A stretch of DNA of 64,000 nt from a bacterium (GTDB lineage: Bacteria > Patescibacteriota > UBA1384 > 2-12-FULL-50-11), in assembly GCA_021463485.1 (NCBI GenBank), contig JAJTYJ010000002.1, positions 108,638 to 172,637 on the forward strand, written 5' to 3'. The number at the start of each line of letters is the position of its first letter. The stretch's first letter is position 1. The notes beneath the pieces were generated by a model. It did not search any database. It was not told the origin of the DNA and was given only the letters and a program-made list of their open reading frames with translations. A program made the position numbers and the translations under genes. Shown piece after piece: positions 37,264-49,799 of this stretch.

Positions 37264-38088
37264 TTAGTTGATCCGAGTCATGAGAACGGTCGCTTTCTGC
37301 GGCCGCTTTTCGTCTGGGTCGGTGGTGTTGTACTCGTAGCGAGCGTCATCCGAGCGTAGCTCTTTGCAATCGGCGCTCAATGTGAACGTGCCAAGGATTT
37401 GGGCAAACGACGGTTTACTACCGTACTTGAGCAGGAATTTGAATTTCCCGTCTTTGCTGGCGTTACCGTGAACTTTGCCTTTGCGCCAATCGCCGTCGTC
37501 GTAGGTGCCAAGTATCCGATAATTGTCGCTGATCGTGAACTCGATCGGGTGATCGGTGCCTGTTAATACGTACTTACCTTTCCAGTCAGCGATAAGCGAC
37601 GGCTGAGCCAAAAATTTATCTTTGGCAGTAGTGCGATCCCCGACACAGTCGAGATTGGCTTGATACTGGTTTGAACCGTGCACGAACACCATCGTGCAGG
37701 CTGGCCAGCCGCTGTCGTCTCGAACAACTTCGCCGGTTGCCTTAATCTCGCCGTCAGCGAACTTTAGAACTGGTTGGAGTGTAGATCCGACCGATCTTCC
37801 ACTAATCGTAAACGGTTTTAAGCCGTCTTTTGTCCAAAGCGCCCCGCGACCGTCTAACCGATACACGATCTTGCCGTTTTCACGTCCAGACTCCTGCGTA
37901 AATCGCAGATCGTCGAACTGCCCGGCGAAGCCGTTAGTGACCCAGTGCCCGTTGATCGGACTAAAGGCGACCAACTGCTTGATCAGCGCGTCGTCAGACG
38001 ACGCCGAACTGGTCTTTGGAGTGGCGCATCCGCAAAGAAGGAGAAGGAGCGCAAAGCGCGCGGTTGTTGCTAATACTGAGAAGTGCAT
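37264..38088 (-). CDS. Hypothetical lipoprotein
   Basis: Signal plus lipobox …LLLLCGCATP. 274 aa, no recognised domain, high GC. Confidence 0.4.
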   Translation of the reverse strand: MHFSVLATTARFALLLLLCGCATPKTSSASSDDALIKQLVAFSPINGHWVTNGFAGQFDDLRFTQESGRENGKIVYRLDGRGALWTKDGLKPFTISGRSVGSTLQPVLKFADGEIKATGEVVRDDSGWPACTMVFVHGSNQYQANLDCVGDRTTAKDKFLAQPSLIADWKGKYVLTGTDHPIEFTISDNYRILGTYDDGDWRKGKVHGNASKDGKFKFLLKYGSKPSFAQILGTFTLSADCKELRSDDARYEYNTTDPDEKRPQKATVLMTRIN

Positions 38089-38168
38089 ACTGTCACCTCG
38101 CCCAATTGGGCGTTGCTCTATTCAAGCATTCTTGAACAAAACGAGCAAATACTTCTATATAGAACGAT

Positions 38169-38604
38169 GGAAATAAAAATTGCTCGAATTCGTGATAGTG
38201 TCGAAGTACCGAAGTACGTTCCCGAGTCTGCGGCTTGTTTCGATCTTCAAGCAGCCGAGTCGGTCACGGTAAAACCAAACGAAGTAGTAAAAGTTCCTTC
38301 GGGGTTAATTGTTCATGTGCCACCAGGTTACTTATTGGCGATCGCGCCACGCTCAAGCGCTCCAAAATACGGTATTAGTATGCCGCACTCGTTTGGAATT
38401 ATCGATCCGACGTACTGCGGCCCAGAAGACGAAATATTAATTCAGATTCAAAATCGAACCGAGAAACCGATCGAAATTGAGCAGGGACAGAGGATCGCGC
38501 AAGGATTCTTTGTGGAGGTTCCAAGGGTAATTTGGAAAGAGGTTACTAAAGATGAGCTAGCGCCAAATTCGCGCGGCGGTTTCGGCTCAACTGGTGCCGT
38601 TTAA
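38169..38604 (+). CDS. dut: dUTP diphosphatase
   Basis: Start taken at MEIKIARI. The dUTPase motif-3 block is GIIDPTYCGPEDEILIQIQN. A terminator hairpin follows. Confidence 0.8.
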
Positions 38605-38889
38605 TTACAGCTACCGTTCCTAACGCAGAGTCTTGACGCAATATGCGCAAATATGGGACAATCACCAGGTACATGTTAGGAAAAACACAAGGAGGCGTCG
38701 GTTTATAAGAGACCACTATTTTGGGGTCACCTTAGAAGCCGCTCGCCAAAGCGGTTTTTTCTTACCTCTGATGAATACTTAACAACTAGGTTTCCAAGCT
38801 GAAGTCGAAGACAATTCGACGACAGCACAACTTCAGATATGGTTCCATAATCATATTTGAAGCAAGTAACAGCAACGCGAAAGCGTTAG

Positions 38890-41838
<2,949 letters not shown>

Positions 41839-41945
41839 TTTTCTGCGCGTAATTTCTACGCAGGAAAGAAGGAACGTCGCCTGAATTGTCTTCGACTTTG
41901 GTTTGGAAACCACAACAATATAACGTTCTCGGATGGAGGTGAGCT

Positions 41946-42188
41946 ATGGCGAAGTATATCGTGAAATGCTCAGCATTAGACAACCAACACAAATCCAAGC
42001 GGGTGAACAGCCCGGAATTCGACGCGAAAAACGATGCCGATGCGATCAAGCTCGCCGGCGGTCATGTTGACGCATTAATCTCCGAACACTCACTCACCGA
42101 TGGTCAGTACAAGGTCTATCGCTGTAAGCGACTGTTCTCATCGGAGAAATGTATTGCCGAGGGTCCGATCACCCCTCAGCGCTACTAG
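41946..42188 (+). CDS. Hypothetical small protein (80 aa) encoded in the 23S-5S spacer
   Basis: Strong SD GGAGGTG lies 5 nt before the ATG. The ORF ends 85 nt before 5S. There is no TM helix. Sequence is MAKYIVKCSALDNQHKSKRVNSPEFDAKNDADAIKLAGGHVD…. Confidence 0.4.
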   Translation: MAKYIVKCSALDNQHKSKRVNSPEFDAKNDADAIKLAGGHVDALISEHSLTDGQYKVYRCKRLFSSEKCIAEGPITPQRY

Positions 42189-42272
42189 ACCTACCTCGGC
42201 GAGCTCGCTCGCCACTCTATCCGAGCACGTTATAGTGAGATCTGTAATTGAAGTTAAGCGTTTGAACTTTTT

Positions 42273-42391
42273 ATCTTGGTGTCTCGAGCGACAGGGGTAC
42301 ACCTCTTCCCATTTCGAACAGAGAAGTTAAGCCTGCCAGCGCCGATGATACTCAGGGCTAACAGCCCTCGGGAAAGTAGGCCGACGCCAAG
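42273..42391 (+). rRNA. rrf: 5S ribosomal RNA
   Basis: The terminal helix pairs tcttggtgtc with gacgccaaga. Internal blocks cccatttcgaacagagaagttaagcc and cgccgatgatact match the 5S consensus. Length is about 119 nt. Confidence 0.85.
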
Positions 42392-42404
42392 ATAAAGAGT
42401 TTAA

Positions 42405-42434
42405 ATAAAAAAAGACCCACATGGGTCTTTTTTG
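42405..42434 (+). terminator. Rho-independent terminator of the 23S-5S transcript
   Basis: agacccacatgggtct hairpin preceded by an A-run and followed by TTTTTTG. Confidence 0.7.
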
Positions 42435-42462
42435 TTTGCGGCAATTTTGAGATATTCAAATT

Positions 42463-42669
42463 ATGAACAAACGCACACGGGTAATTAGCGCTACCGCGTT
42501 TATGGTACTAGGAGGATTTCTGATGATTACTTCCTTTATGGGCGGTACCGACCTTAAAGCTGGTGGCGTCGCAGAAGCGGGTTTTGACGTTAGTAAATTT
42601 TTAATCTGGAGCGGTGTCGGCGCGCTCGTTGTTAGCGCCTTTTTGTTTATCTCTGCTAGCGCAGAGTAG
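42463..42669 (+). CDS. Hypothetical small membrane protein
   Basis: 68 aa with two TM helices. Its 3' end is duplicated downstream as a direct repeat. Confidence 0.35.
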   Translation: MNKRTRVISATAFMVLGGFLMITSFMGGTDLKAGGVAEAGFDVSKFLIWSGVGALVVSAFLFISASAE

Positions 42670-42756
42670 TAGAGAAGTTGGGAATTCCCAACTATTAGTG
42701 CGTCAGCGGAGTAGCACTAAACGAACGTAATGAGTATCTCTGCTAGCGCAGAGTAG

Positions 42757-43407
42757 TTATCGACCAAGCCTGCCAGTTACTAAATAGTTAACGTCTGCGG
42801 CGATATCGCCGCCGTAGTTGTCGACTGCGGTGTAGTACGCACCAAGAAACGTTCGGTTACCGATAATGAGCGGATTGTCTTGGGGTAAGATTTGATCGGC
42901 TGTAGTCGGACGCTCGAGGTGTGCCATCAATGCAAAGGCAGTCGCTGGCCGTTTCGGCCCCGTTGTCTCAGACGGGCCGCTTAAGTAGTAATAGCGATCA
43001 GTTTGGCTTTCGAGAAATTCAACGTCACAAGGATGGGTTCGAAAGTTGATGGGCTGACGCATGTCCTCGGGTATCTTCTCGAGATACGTCGGGGTTAAAC
43101 GTCGGGCTAAATCAGAATTGGTGTGCTGGCACGAACCGGCCTGAGCGCTCGCGCTAAGTTGCCAAACAGCGCTGTACATCCTGGTGCCGGCACTGCCGCC
43201 GTAGACATAATCGAAGTTCGGATACTGTCGGTTGTCGACGTAGTATTGTTGCAGTGCGTTGCTGATCCGGGCGAGATCGGTTTTGCGGGTGTTATCTCGC
43301 GATTTGGCGCCAGCAGCGCCGAAGGTGTATGTTCCAATTCCGGCTAATATGCCTAATATAGCGATGACGACTAAAAGTTCTATCAACGAATATCCAGCGC
43401 GACGCAT
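42757..43407 (-). CDS. Type IV pilin/pseudopilin (prepilin-type N-terminal cleavage/methylation domain)
   Basis: N-terminus MRRAGYSLIELLVVIAILGILAGIG fits the class III signal G|(F/Y)xLIE consensus. Confidence 0.8.
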   Translation of the reverse strand: MRRAGYSLIELLVVIAILGILAGIGTYTFGAAGAKSRDNTRKTDLARISNALQQYYVDNRQYPNFDYVYGGSAGTRMYSAVWQLSASAQAGSCQHTNSDLARRLTPTYLEKIPEDMRQPINFRTHPCDVEFLESQTDRYYYLSGPSETTGPKRPATAFALMAHLERPTTADQILPQDNPLIIGNRTFLGAYYTAVDNYGGDIAADVNYLVTGRLGR

Positions 43408-43448
43408 TATAAGTAAAATACTAAAGTAACTATGAATTCTAGCAAGTA

Positions 43449-44171
43449 ATGATTAAGACGCTTGGCTTAATTTTAAAAAAACAGAGCATCGGTGAAACCG
43501 ATCGTATTATTACGATCCTTAGCCCGAGCTTGGGGAAAAAACGAGTAGTGGCTCGAGCAGTTAGAAAGCCGCTCTCGAAACTATCGGGTCATCTCGATAC
43601 GTTTATGATTTCTCAATTAATACTCACCGACGAGAACGAGCTGCCGAAGGTAACAAGTGCGGTACTAGTCGAGTCGTTTGAGTCGCTTCGCGCCTCGTTG
43701 CCGCTAGTTGAGCAGGCGTACGCAATTTCTAAGATTACCGAGCGCGTCATCCTCGAAGATGTGCCGCAGCAAACGATGTTTCGTATTACTGTTGATGCGT
43801 TATCGCGTATCGACGAAGGTGTGGCGTGGCCAAACGTTTGGCTTCGTTACCTCGGTGAGGTTACGAAGCAGCTGGGTTTACAGTTAGGCGATTTTACGTG
43901 TCGAATCTGTGGCAATAAAATTACTGACACGGCCTATTGGGATCAGCTAGAGCGAGGCTTCACCTGCACGAGTTGCCCGGCAAAGATCGGGCGGCAGCTG
44001 AGTGTCCAGGCTATTAAGTTGCTGTTTCTACTTTCAAAGCAGCAGTACGCGGTTGTTCAGCGAGCAAAACTAAGTCAGCAAGTCGCAAGCGAAGTTGAAG
44101 AAGTGCTTTTAAGAGAAATCACGGAATGGTTTAATCGTCCCTGGACAAGCTACCGAGGACTCGGTAATTAA
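43449..44171 (+). CDS. recO: DNA repair protein RecO
   Basis: N-terminal OB fold (GETDRIITIL) and a C-terminal Cys4 zinc motif, CRICGN…CTSC. Length is 240 aa. Confidence 0.75.
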   Translation: MIKTLGLILKKQSIGETDRIITILSPSLGKKRVVARAVRKPLSKLSGHLDTFMISQLILTDENELPKVTSAVLVESFESLRASLPLVEQAYAISKITERVILEDVPQQTMFRITVDALSRIDEGVAWPNVWLRYLGEVTKQLGLQLGDFTCRICGNKITDTAYWDQLERGFTCTSCPAKIGRQLSVQAIKLLFLLSKQQYAVVQRAKLSQQVASEVEEVLLREITEWFNRPWTSYRGLGN

Positions 44172-44176
44172 AACTA

Positions 44177-45271
44177 ATGCAAGCATGGATTGAAGTAGAT
44201 TTGGGCGCGATCAGCCGTAACGTCGATCGCGTTAAACAAAAGATCGGCAAAACCGTTGGAGTGATTGCCGTGGTAAAAAGCAACGCATACGGACATGGTT
44301 TAGAAAAAGTAGTCGAGACGCTCGATAAGAAAGATGTTGAGATGTTTGCGGTGATATCCATTGAAGAAGCCGATCGCGTCCGTCGAGTTTCGAAAAAGCC
44401 GATCTTAATTTTGGGCTATCTCGATACGAAAGAATTAATCGACGCGATCGAAGAAGGTTACCGAGTTAGTCTATACGACGTTGAACAGATTGCGCTCTAC
44501 CAGCGCGCAGCGGAACGTCTCGGTAAAACAATCTCAGTTCATTTAAAAGTGGAGACTGGTTTAAATCGGCTGGGTTTTAGTGCTGAACAAACCGTCGATT
44601 TTCTTCTTGGCCAGCGGCGGTATCCGAATATCCGGGTTGAGGCGCTTTTTTCGCATTTGGCGGACGCATCGAGCGCCGAGAAGAACGAGCAGCAACTGCG
44701 GGTTATTCAAGATATCTTGATCGATATCGAAGGCAAGGTCCCGCTTCTGCCGATTCATTTTGATAGTAGTTACGCGCTGACAAACTTCCCGCAAGGCTAT
44801 TTAGATGCCGTTCGGATTGGCTTAGCGCTGTACGGTATCGACGAAGTTCTGCCTGGTTTAGAAAGTTCGTTTACGTGTAAGTCGGTGGTGATGCAAATTA
44901 AAGATGTGGCAGCTGGTGAAGGTGTAAGTTACGGCCATCTATATAAGACGAAACGCGACACAAAAATTGCGGTGGTAGCGATCGGGTACGCAGACGGCTT
45001 GTCTCAAGTGATGCGCGATAAACTGACGGTTTTAATTCAGGGCAGCGAGGTACCGGTGATCGGTCAGATCTGCATGAATATGATAATCGCTGATGTTACT
45101 GACATTACGGCAAAACGCGGCGACGAAGTCGTAATTATCGGTTCACAAAAAAACAGCGCCGGTGAAACTAAAACAATTAAAATTACCGATATCGCTAAGC
45201 GCTGTGCGTTACGACATCACGAGATTATTACTCGGTTGGGTACGGCTCTACCGAAGCGCTATTATGGGTAA
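44177..45271 (+). CDS. alr: Alanine racemase
   Basis: PLP-binding motif VVKSNAYGHG near the N-terminus. Length is 364 aa. Confidence 0.9.
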   Translation: MQAWIEVDLGAISRNVDRVKQKIGKTVGVIAVVKSNAYGHGLEKVVETLDKKDVEMFAVISIEEADRVRRVSKKPILILGYLDTKELIDAIEEGYRVSLYDVEQIALYQRAAERLGKTISVHLKVETGLNRLGFSAEQTVDFLLGQRRYPNIRVEALFSHLADASSAEKNEQQLRVIQDILIDIEGKVPLLPIHFDSSYALTNFPQGYLDAVRIGLALYGIDEVLPGLESSFTCKSVVMQIKDVAAGEGVSYGHLYKTKRDTKIAVVAIGYADGLSQVMRDKLTVLIQGSEVPVIGQICMNMIIADVTDITAKRGDEVVIIGSQKNSAGETKTIKITDIAKRCALRHHEIITRLGTALPKRYYG

Positions 45272-45332
45272 TAAATCGCGATATTAAAGCGATATTTTGG
45301 GTGAAATTAGACTTTTTGTTACACTGAATAAA

Positions 45333-46322
45333 ATGGCAGACGATACAAAAACACCAGTAGAAGCAACCAACAACAAAACAGCCTCACCGACAGAAGTTAA
45401 TCAAACAGATAAAACAGACGCAATGTCGGTTGCAGTTAAAACCGATCAAAAGCCAGCTGCTGATCCTGCAACGCTTGAGACGACAACGGCAAACGACGGC
45501 AATATTTCCATTAATAAACCGGCAGAACAAGTTGATGCGCCGACAGTCGAAGAGAGCGTTAAGCCAGATGTATCCGCAGTATCCGCGTCTGAAACTCCTG
45601 CCGGATCTCCGAGCGAACCAGTAGTGATCAAGCCAGAAGACGTACAGACAGCTGCACCAGACACAGATCGTCTGCAGGAACAGATCGAGTCACTGACAGG
45701 CGAGATTCAGGCACTGGAAGCAAAAATAGAACGACTAACTAGCGGCTCAAGCGCAGCGTCTAACGAACAGGCTCAACTAACGCCTACTCCAGATAAGCCA
45801 GCCGAGCCAGAGATCCAGAAAGCAACAGAAATAACAAAACCAGAAGAAAAACCCGCACCAAAGGTCGAACCAGCCACTTTTACACCAACACCGATTCCTT
45901 CGACGCCCACGCCCGCGAGTCCAGTAACGGATATCTATAGCTCGATTGGCAAACCGCGCCCGCCGATGGATCCGGCTGTCCAAGAGCAAGCGCCGCATCC
46001 GTCTGCCGTAGCAGTAATTAGCGAAGTTTTGGTTATTCTAGGCACAATTTTATTCGTAATTCTAGCTAGTACGCCGCTATTTAGAGAAATGATCGGCGAA
46101 GATCTATACCAAGTAATTCGCTCGGTCGGTTGGTTAACAACTGCTGCCACATTACTACTTGGAACGCTAATGGCGATATTTGGTAAAGCCAAGAGTGCGA
46201 TTACTTTGATTGGTTTTGTATTTCTGCTCTTATCCGCGTTTATGTATGTTGGCATGAATTATTCGAGTTTGCTCGGACCGCTCGAGAGCAGCCTCTCAAC
46301 AGTATTCGATTTCTATCGTTGA
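45333..46322 (+). CDS. Hypothetical Pro/Thr/Ala-rich membrane protein with coiled-coil
   Basis: Low-complexity N-terminal region, a heptad segment LQEQIESLTGEIQALEAKIERL, and C-terminal TM helices. Start taken at MADDTK. Confidence 0.4.
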   Translation: MADDTKTPVEATNNKTASPTEVNQTDKTDAMSVAVKTDQKPAADPATLETTTANDGNISINKPAEQVDAPTVEESVKPDVSAVSASETPAGSPSEPVVIKPEDVQTAAPDTDRLQEQIESLTGEIQALEAKIERLTSGSSAASNEQAQLTPTPDKPAEPEIQKATEITKPEEKPAPKVEPATFTPTPIPSTPTPASPVTDIYSSIGKPRPPMDPAVQEQAPHPSAVAVISEVLVILGTILFVILASTPLFREMIGEDLYQVIRSVGWLTTAATLLLGTLMAIFGKAKSAITLIGFVFLLLSAFMYVGMNYSSLLGPLESSLSTVFDFYR

Positions 46323-46368
46323 GTAGGGCTTTGATACAGACTCTTTGAGCTGTATCATGTAACAGAGT

Positions 46369-47679
46369 ATGTCAGACAAATCGGCGGTTAAATCTATGGA
46401 GGAATTTGTTGCTTGGGCGAAACGCCGAGGAGTTATTTGGCAATCCAGTGAGATATACGGAGGATTAGGTTCTAGCTACGATTACGGTCCGGTTGGAGTG
46501 GAAATGAAAAACCGGCTCAAAGCGGCGTGGTGGAAGACGATGGTGCAGGAGCGCGACGATATCGTTGGACTCGACTCAGCTATTATTTTAAATCCAAAAG
46601 TTTGGGAAGCATCAGGACACACCGATAGTTTTACCGATCCGCTCGTTGAAGACCTTGTTACCCACAAGCGCTACCGTCTTGACCAACTTAAAGATCAAAC
46701 GAAAAGTCCTGATGGCAATCCGCTCAGCGAACCGAAAAGTTTCAACTTACTTTTTAAAACGTTTATCGGTCCAGTCGAAGACTCGCAATCGGTTGCGTAT
46801 CTGCGCGGCGAGACGTGCCAAGGAATTTTCGTTAACTTTAAGCAGATTTACGAAGTCTCACGCCAAAAAATTCCGTTCGGTATCGCTCAAATCGGTAAAA
46901 GCTTCCGTAACGAAATAACCCCAGGTAACTTCACCTATCGAACACGCGAGTTTGAGCAAATGGAGATGGAATTTTTTGTTAAGCCGGACGAGGCGGATGA
47001 GTGGTACCAAAAATGGATCGACGCTCGATTGGAGTGGTACGTTAGTTTGGGTGTTAAGAGAGAGAATCTGCGTCTCTATAAACATCCAAAGGCTGATTTA
47101 GCTCATTATTCAAAAGGAACCACCGATATCGAGTACAAATTTCCGTGGGGGTGGGGCGAGCTCGAAGGTATCGCTAATCGCGGCGACTTTGATCTCGCCG
47201 CTCATCAAAAACACTCCGGCAAAGATATGTCGGTATTTGATGAGGAAACAAAAACAAAATTTATTCCATGGGTGATTGAGCCGGCAGGTGGCGTCGATCG
47301 AGCGTTGTTGGCGATCTTACTCGATTCGTGGCAGCACTTTGAGAAAGGTCGCAAAGCCGATGGTGAGGCGGAGACGTTACTATCGATTACTCCTAAGTTG
47401 GCCGCTTACGACGCGGCGGTTTTACCGTTAGTTAAAAAAGAGCCGCTCGTAAAGGTTGCTAAAGAGTTAGTACAGAAACTGCGAAGTCAGGGTAAGAATG
47501 TCTTTTACGACGAATCGGGATCGATCGGCCGTCGTTACCGTCGACAAGACGAGATCGGGACGCCGTTTTGCTACACGGTGGACTTTGAAACGGTTGAAGC
47601 CGGCGACAATAAAAGCACCGTTACCGTCAGACACCGCGACACTATGGAACAAGAGCGAGTAGCACTCGAATCGTTGTAA
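46369..47679 (+). CDS. glyQS: Glycine--tRNA ligase (dimeric alpha2 type)
   Basis: N-terminal FVAWAKRRGVIWQSSEIYGGLGSSYDYGP and class II motifs. Length is 436 aa. An alternative start exists at MEEFV. Confidence 0.9.
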   Translation: MSDKSAVKSMEEFVAWAKRRGVIWQSSEIYGGLGSSYDYGPVGVEMKNRLKAAWWKTMVQERDDIVGLDSAIILNPKVWEASGHTDSFTDPLVEDLVTHKRYRLDQLKDQTKSPDGNPLSEPKSFNLLFKTFIGPVEDSQSVAYLRGETCQGIFVNFKQIYEVSRQKIPFGIAQIGKSFRNEITPGNFTYRTREFEQMEMEFFVKPDEADEWYQKWIDARLEWYVSLGVKRENLRLYKHPKADLAHYSKGTTDIEYKFPWGWGELEGIANRGDFDLAAHQKHSGKDMSVFDEETKTKFIPWVIEPAGGVDRALLAILLDSWQHFEKGRKADGEAETLLSITPKLAAYDAAVLPLVKKEPLVKVAKELVQKLRSQGKNVFYDESGSIGRRYRRQDEIGTPFCYTVDFETVEAGDNKSTVTVRHRDTMEQERVALESL

Positions 47680-47751
47680 TATCTCGGTTGGTTTCCGGCT
47701 AATCCCCAAACGGGGATTATAAAAAAATGCGCGGCAGTGCCGCGCGGGTCG

Positions 47752-47976
47752 TTAGAGCGCCATCCGTTGGAGAAGCGCAGTGGTTTGTTTGGAGCCAACG
47801 GCGAGCGCGACGATGAATTTTCTCTTGTGCGCCGGAATGGCTGCAAGTTCAGCTCGCAGCTCACCGCTAGCTTGCGAGAAGTCAGCGTCGTCGTGGCTCT
47901 GGATGATGTGACGTACTAGCGATTCGATTCTTTCGAGGCCAGCAACGATGCTAGCGCCCGCAGACTTCATTGTCAT
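47752..47976 (-). CDS. Hypothetical small protein (74 aa)
   Basis: GGAGG lies 6 nt upstream of the ATG. A minus-strand terminator hairpin (gcgcggcactgccgcgc plus T-run) follows. No TM helix. GC is high. Confidence 0.4.
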   Translation of the reverse strand: MTMKSAGASIVAGLERIESLVRHIIQSHDDADFSQASGELRAELAAIPAHKRKFIVALAVGSKQTTALLQRMAL

Positions 47977-48083
47977 ACGAGGTCCTCCATACCTGTATAT
48001 TATCCCATATTTTTCGGTCTTTATCGACAGATTTTAATGGGGCTTGACAACGCTCATGGCTAGCCGTAGTGTAATTCCAGTCC

Positions 48084-48130
48084 GTGGAGAAAAGTGGGGG
48101 AAAGTGGGGAAAAGTGGAAAACCCCTGTGG
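48084..48130 (+). promoter_or_regulatory. MraZ operator: four GTGG(G) direct repeats at exact 10-bp spacing (plus a fifth), upstream of mraZ
   Basis: GTGG occurs at 48084, 48094, 48104 and 48114, and again at 48127. This matches the known MraZ binding architecture of spaced GTGGG repeats in the dcw promoter. Confidence 0.55.
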
Positions 48131-48185
48131 AAACTTCACGGCAACATGAATACACAACTTACTTTCATAAACAAACAGAAACAGA

Positions 48186-48617
48186 ATGTTTATCGGCGAA
48201 TATCATCACAATTTGGACCAAAAAGGTCGGATTGCTGTGCCGGTGAAATTCCGCGCGGAACTGGGCTCTTCGGCGATTATTACCAAGGGTCTGGATCCGT
48301 GTCTGTTTGTTTATCCGAAGGAAGAGTGGATTAAGATGACCGATAAATTAGCAAATTTGCCGGTCTCCAGTTCCAGCGCTCGAGCATTTAGTCGTTTAAT
48401 GCTTTCGGGAGCGATGGAGGTGGAGATCGACAAGCAGGGACGAGCGTTACTACCCGGGTATCTTCGGGAATACGCTGGACTGAAAGACGCCGTTGTAATG
48501 ACCGGTGTCTTGAATCGTGTCGAGATCTGGGACAAACAAGGCTGGGCGCGTTACAGCAAGGATGCTGAAGCGAACGCGTCCGATAACGCCGAAAAACTCA
48601 CAGAATGGGAGATCTGA
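48186..48617 (+). CDS. mraZ: Transcriptional regulator MraZ
   Basis: Duplicated DxxxR-containing MraZ domains (…NLDQKGRIAVP… and …IDKQGRALLP…). Length is 143 aa. Confidence 0.9.
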   Translation: MFIGEYHHNLDQKGRIAVPVKFRAELGSSAIITKGLDPCLFVYPKEEWIKMTDKLANLPVSSSSARAFSRLMLSGAMEVEIDKQGRALLPGYLREYAGLKDAVVMTGVLNRVEIWDKQGWARYSKDAEANASDNAEKLTEWEI

Positions 48618-48893
48618 TGTCGAGTTTGTTTCAAAATCAATTTTGTGTGACCAGATGCGGGGGAAATCGTGATTGGGTTGCCCGCCAGGTTAAGTTTATT
48701 AACAAGGTATTGGGGCCCTAAACTTCGGTTTTAGGGAGGGATGTTGGGTTTTTGTCCTACTCTTCTTTTTAAGAGGGGACGCGTTGCCCGGCAGACGAGC
48801 CGTATTACGGTCCCCTGCATCTCGGCCAAAAAATGTACCTAACAACTTATTTCGACCACAAACAAATCGTAAGAGTGTAAACAATCTAAAGCT

Positions 48894-49757
48894 ATGGAAA
48901 ATCTGTCAAAGCACATACCAGTACTTGTCAACGAAGTGATCGCAGCGCTCCAGCCAGTAACCGGCAAAACGTATCTAGACGGAACGTTCGGCGGCGGCGG
49001 GCATACGCGAGCGATTCTCGATGCATCGGCGCCCAACGGGAGGGTGGTGGCGGTGGATCGCGACGAAAATGTAACGGTTTTTGCTGAAGCAGTTGCGAAG
49101 CAATACGGCGATCGGTTTGAGTTTCACGTTTTAAAATACGCCGATTGCGATCAATTGGAACGCGAATTCGATGGTGCAGTGTTGGATCTTGGTATGTCGA
49201 CAGATCAGCTAACTGGCTCGTGGCGGGGGTTTAGCTTTCAGCGCAGCGAACCATTAGACCTTCGGTTTGAAACTACCGGTCAGACTGCCGCTCAGTTTCT
49301 TCAACAAAGCAGCGCTTCAGCGATTGAACAGGTGTTTCGCGAGTACGCTCAAGATCGGTACGCTAAAAAACTTGCGGCTAAGATCGTCAACGAACGACGT
49401 ATCCGACCGATTAGAACCACGACAGATTTCGTTGAATACGTCGGGACTAACAATCCGAAAGTACTAGCACCGTTGTTTCAGGCATTGCGTATCCACATCA
49501 ACGACGAGTTGGTTAACATCAAGCGCGGACTCGAAGTCGTGTCATCGGTATTGCGACCAGGTTCGGTGCTGGCTGTCATTAGTTTCCATTCGCTCGAAGA
49601 TAAGATTGTCAAAGAATTCTTTCGTAGCAACAATTACGAATTGTTAACCAAAAAGCCGGTCGAACCGACTCAGGAAGAGATTAGAAATAACCCAAGCTCG
49701 CGAAGCGCAAAGTTACGCACGGGGCGCAAAAGGCTGACAGACACGAGTATCGAATAA
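48894..49757 (+). CDS. rsmH: 16S rRNA (cytosine1402-N4)-methyltransferase RsmH (MraW)
   Basis: SAM-binding block DGTFGGGGHTRAIL. Second gene of the dcw cluster. Confidence 0.9.
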   Translation: MENLSKHIPVLVNEVIAALQPVTGKTYLDGTFGGGGHTRAILDASAPNGRVVAVDRDENVTVFAEAVAKQYGDRFEFHVLKYADCDQLEREFDGAVLDLGMSTDQLTGSWRGFSFQRSEPLDLRFETTGQTAAQFLQQSSASAIEQVFREYAQDRYAKKLAAKIVNERRIRPIRTTTDFVEYVGTNNPKVLAPLFQALRIHINDELVNIKRGLEVVSSVLRPGSVLAVISFHSLEDKIVKEFFRSNNYELLTKKPVEPTQEEIRNNPSSRSAKLRTGRKRLTDTSIE

Positions 49758-49799
49758 TCGATATTGGTGCCTGGCAATCAGGGAAATCCAAGGAGGGAA

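Noticed and set aside
48084-48130. Short tandem GTGGG repeats considered as a possible CRISPR or satellite
   Set aside because: Only 4-5 units at 10-bp spacing, with no spacer-length structure. Position and phasing match the MraZ operator.
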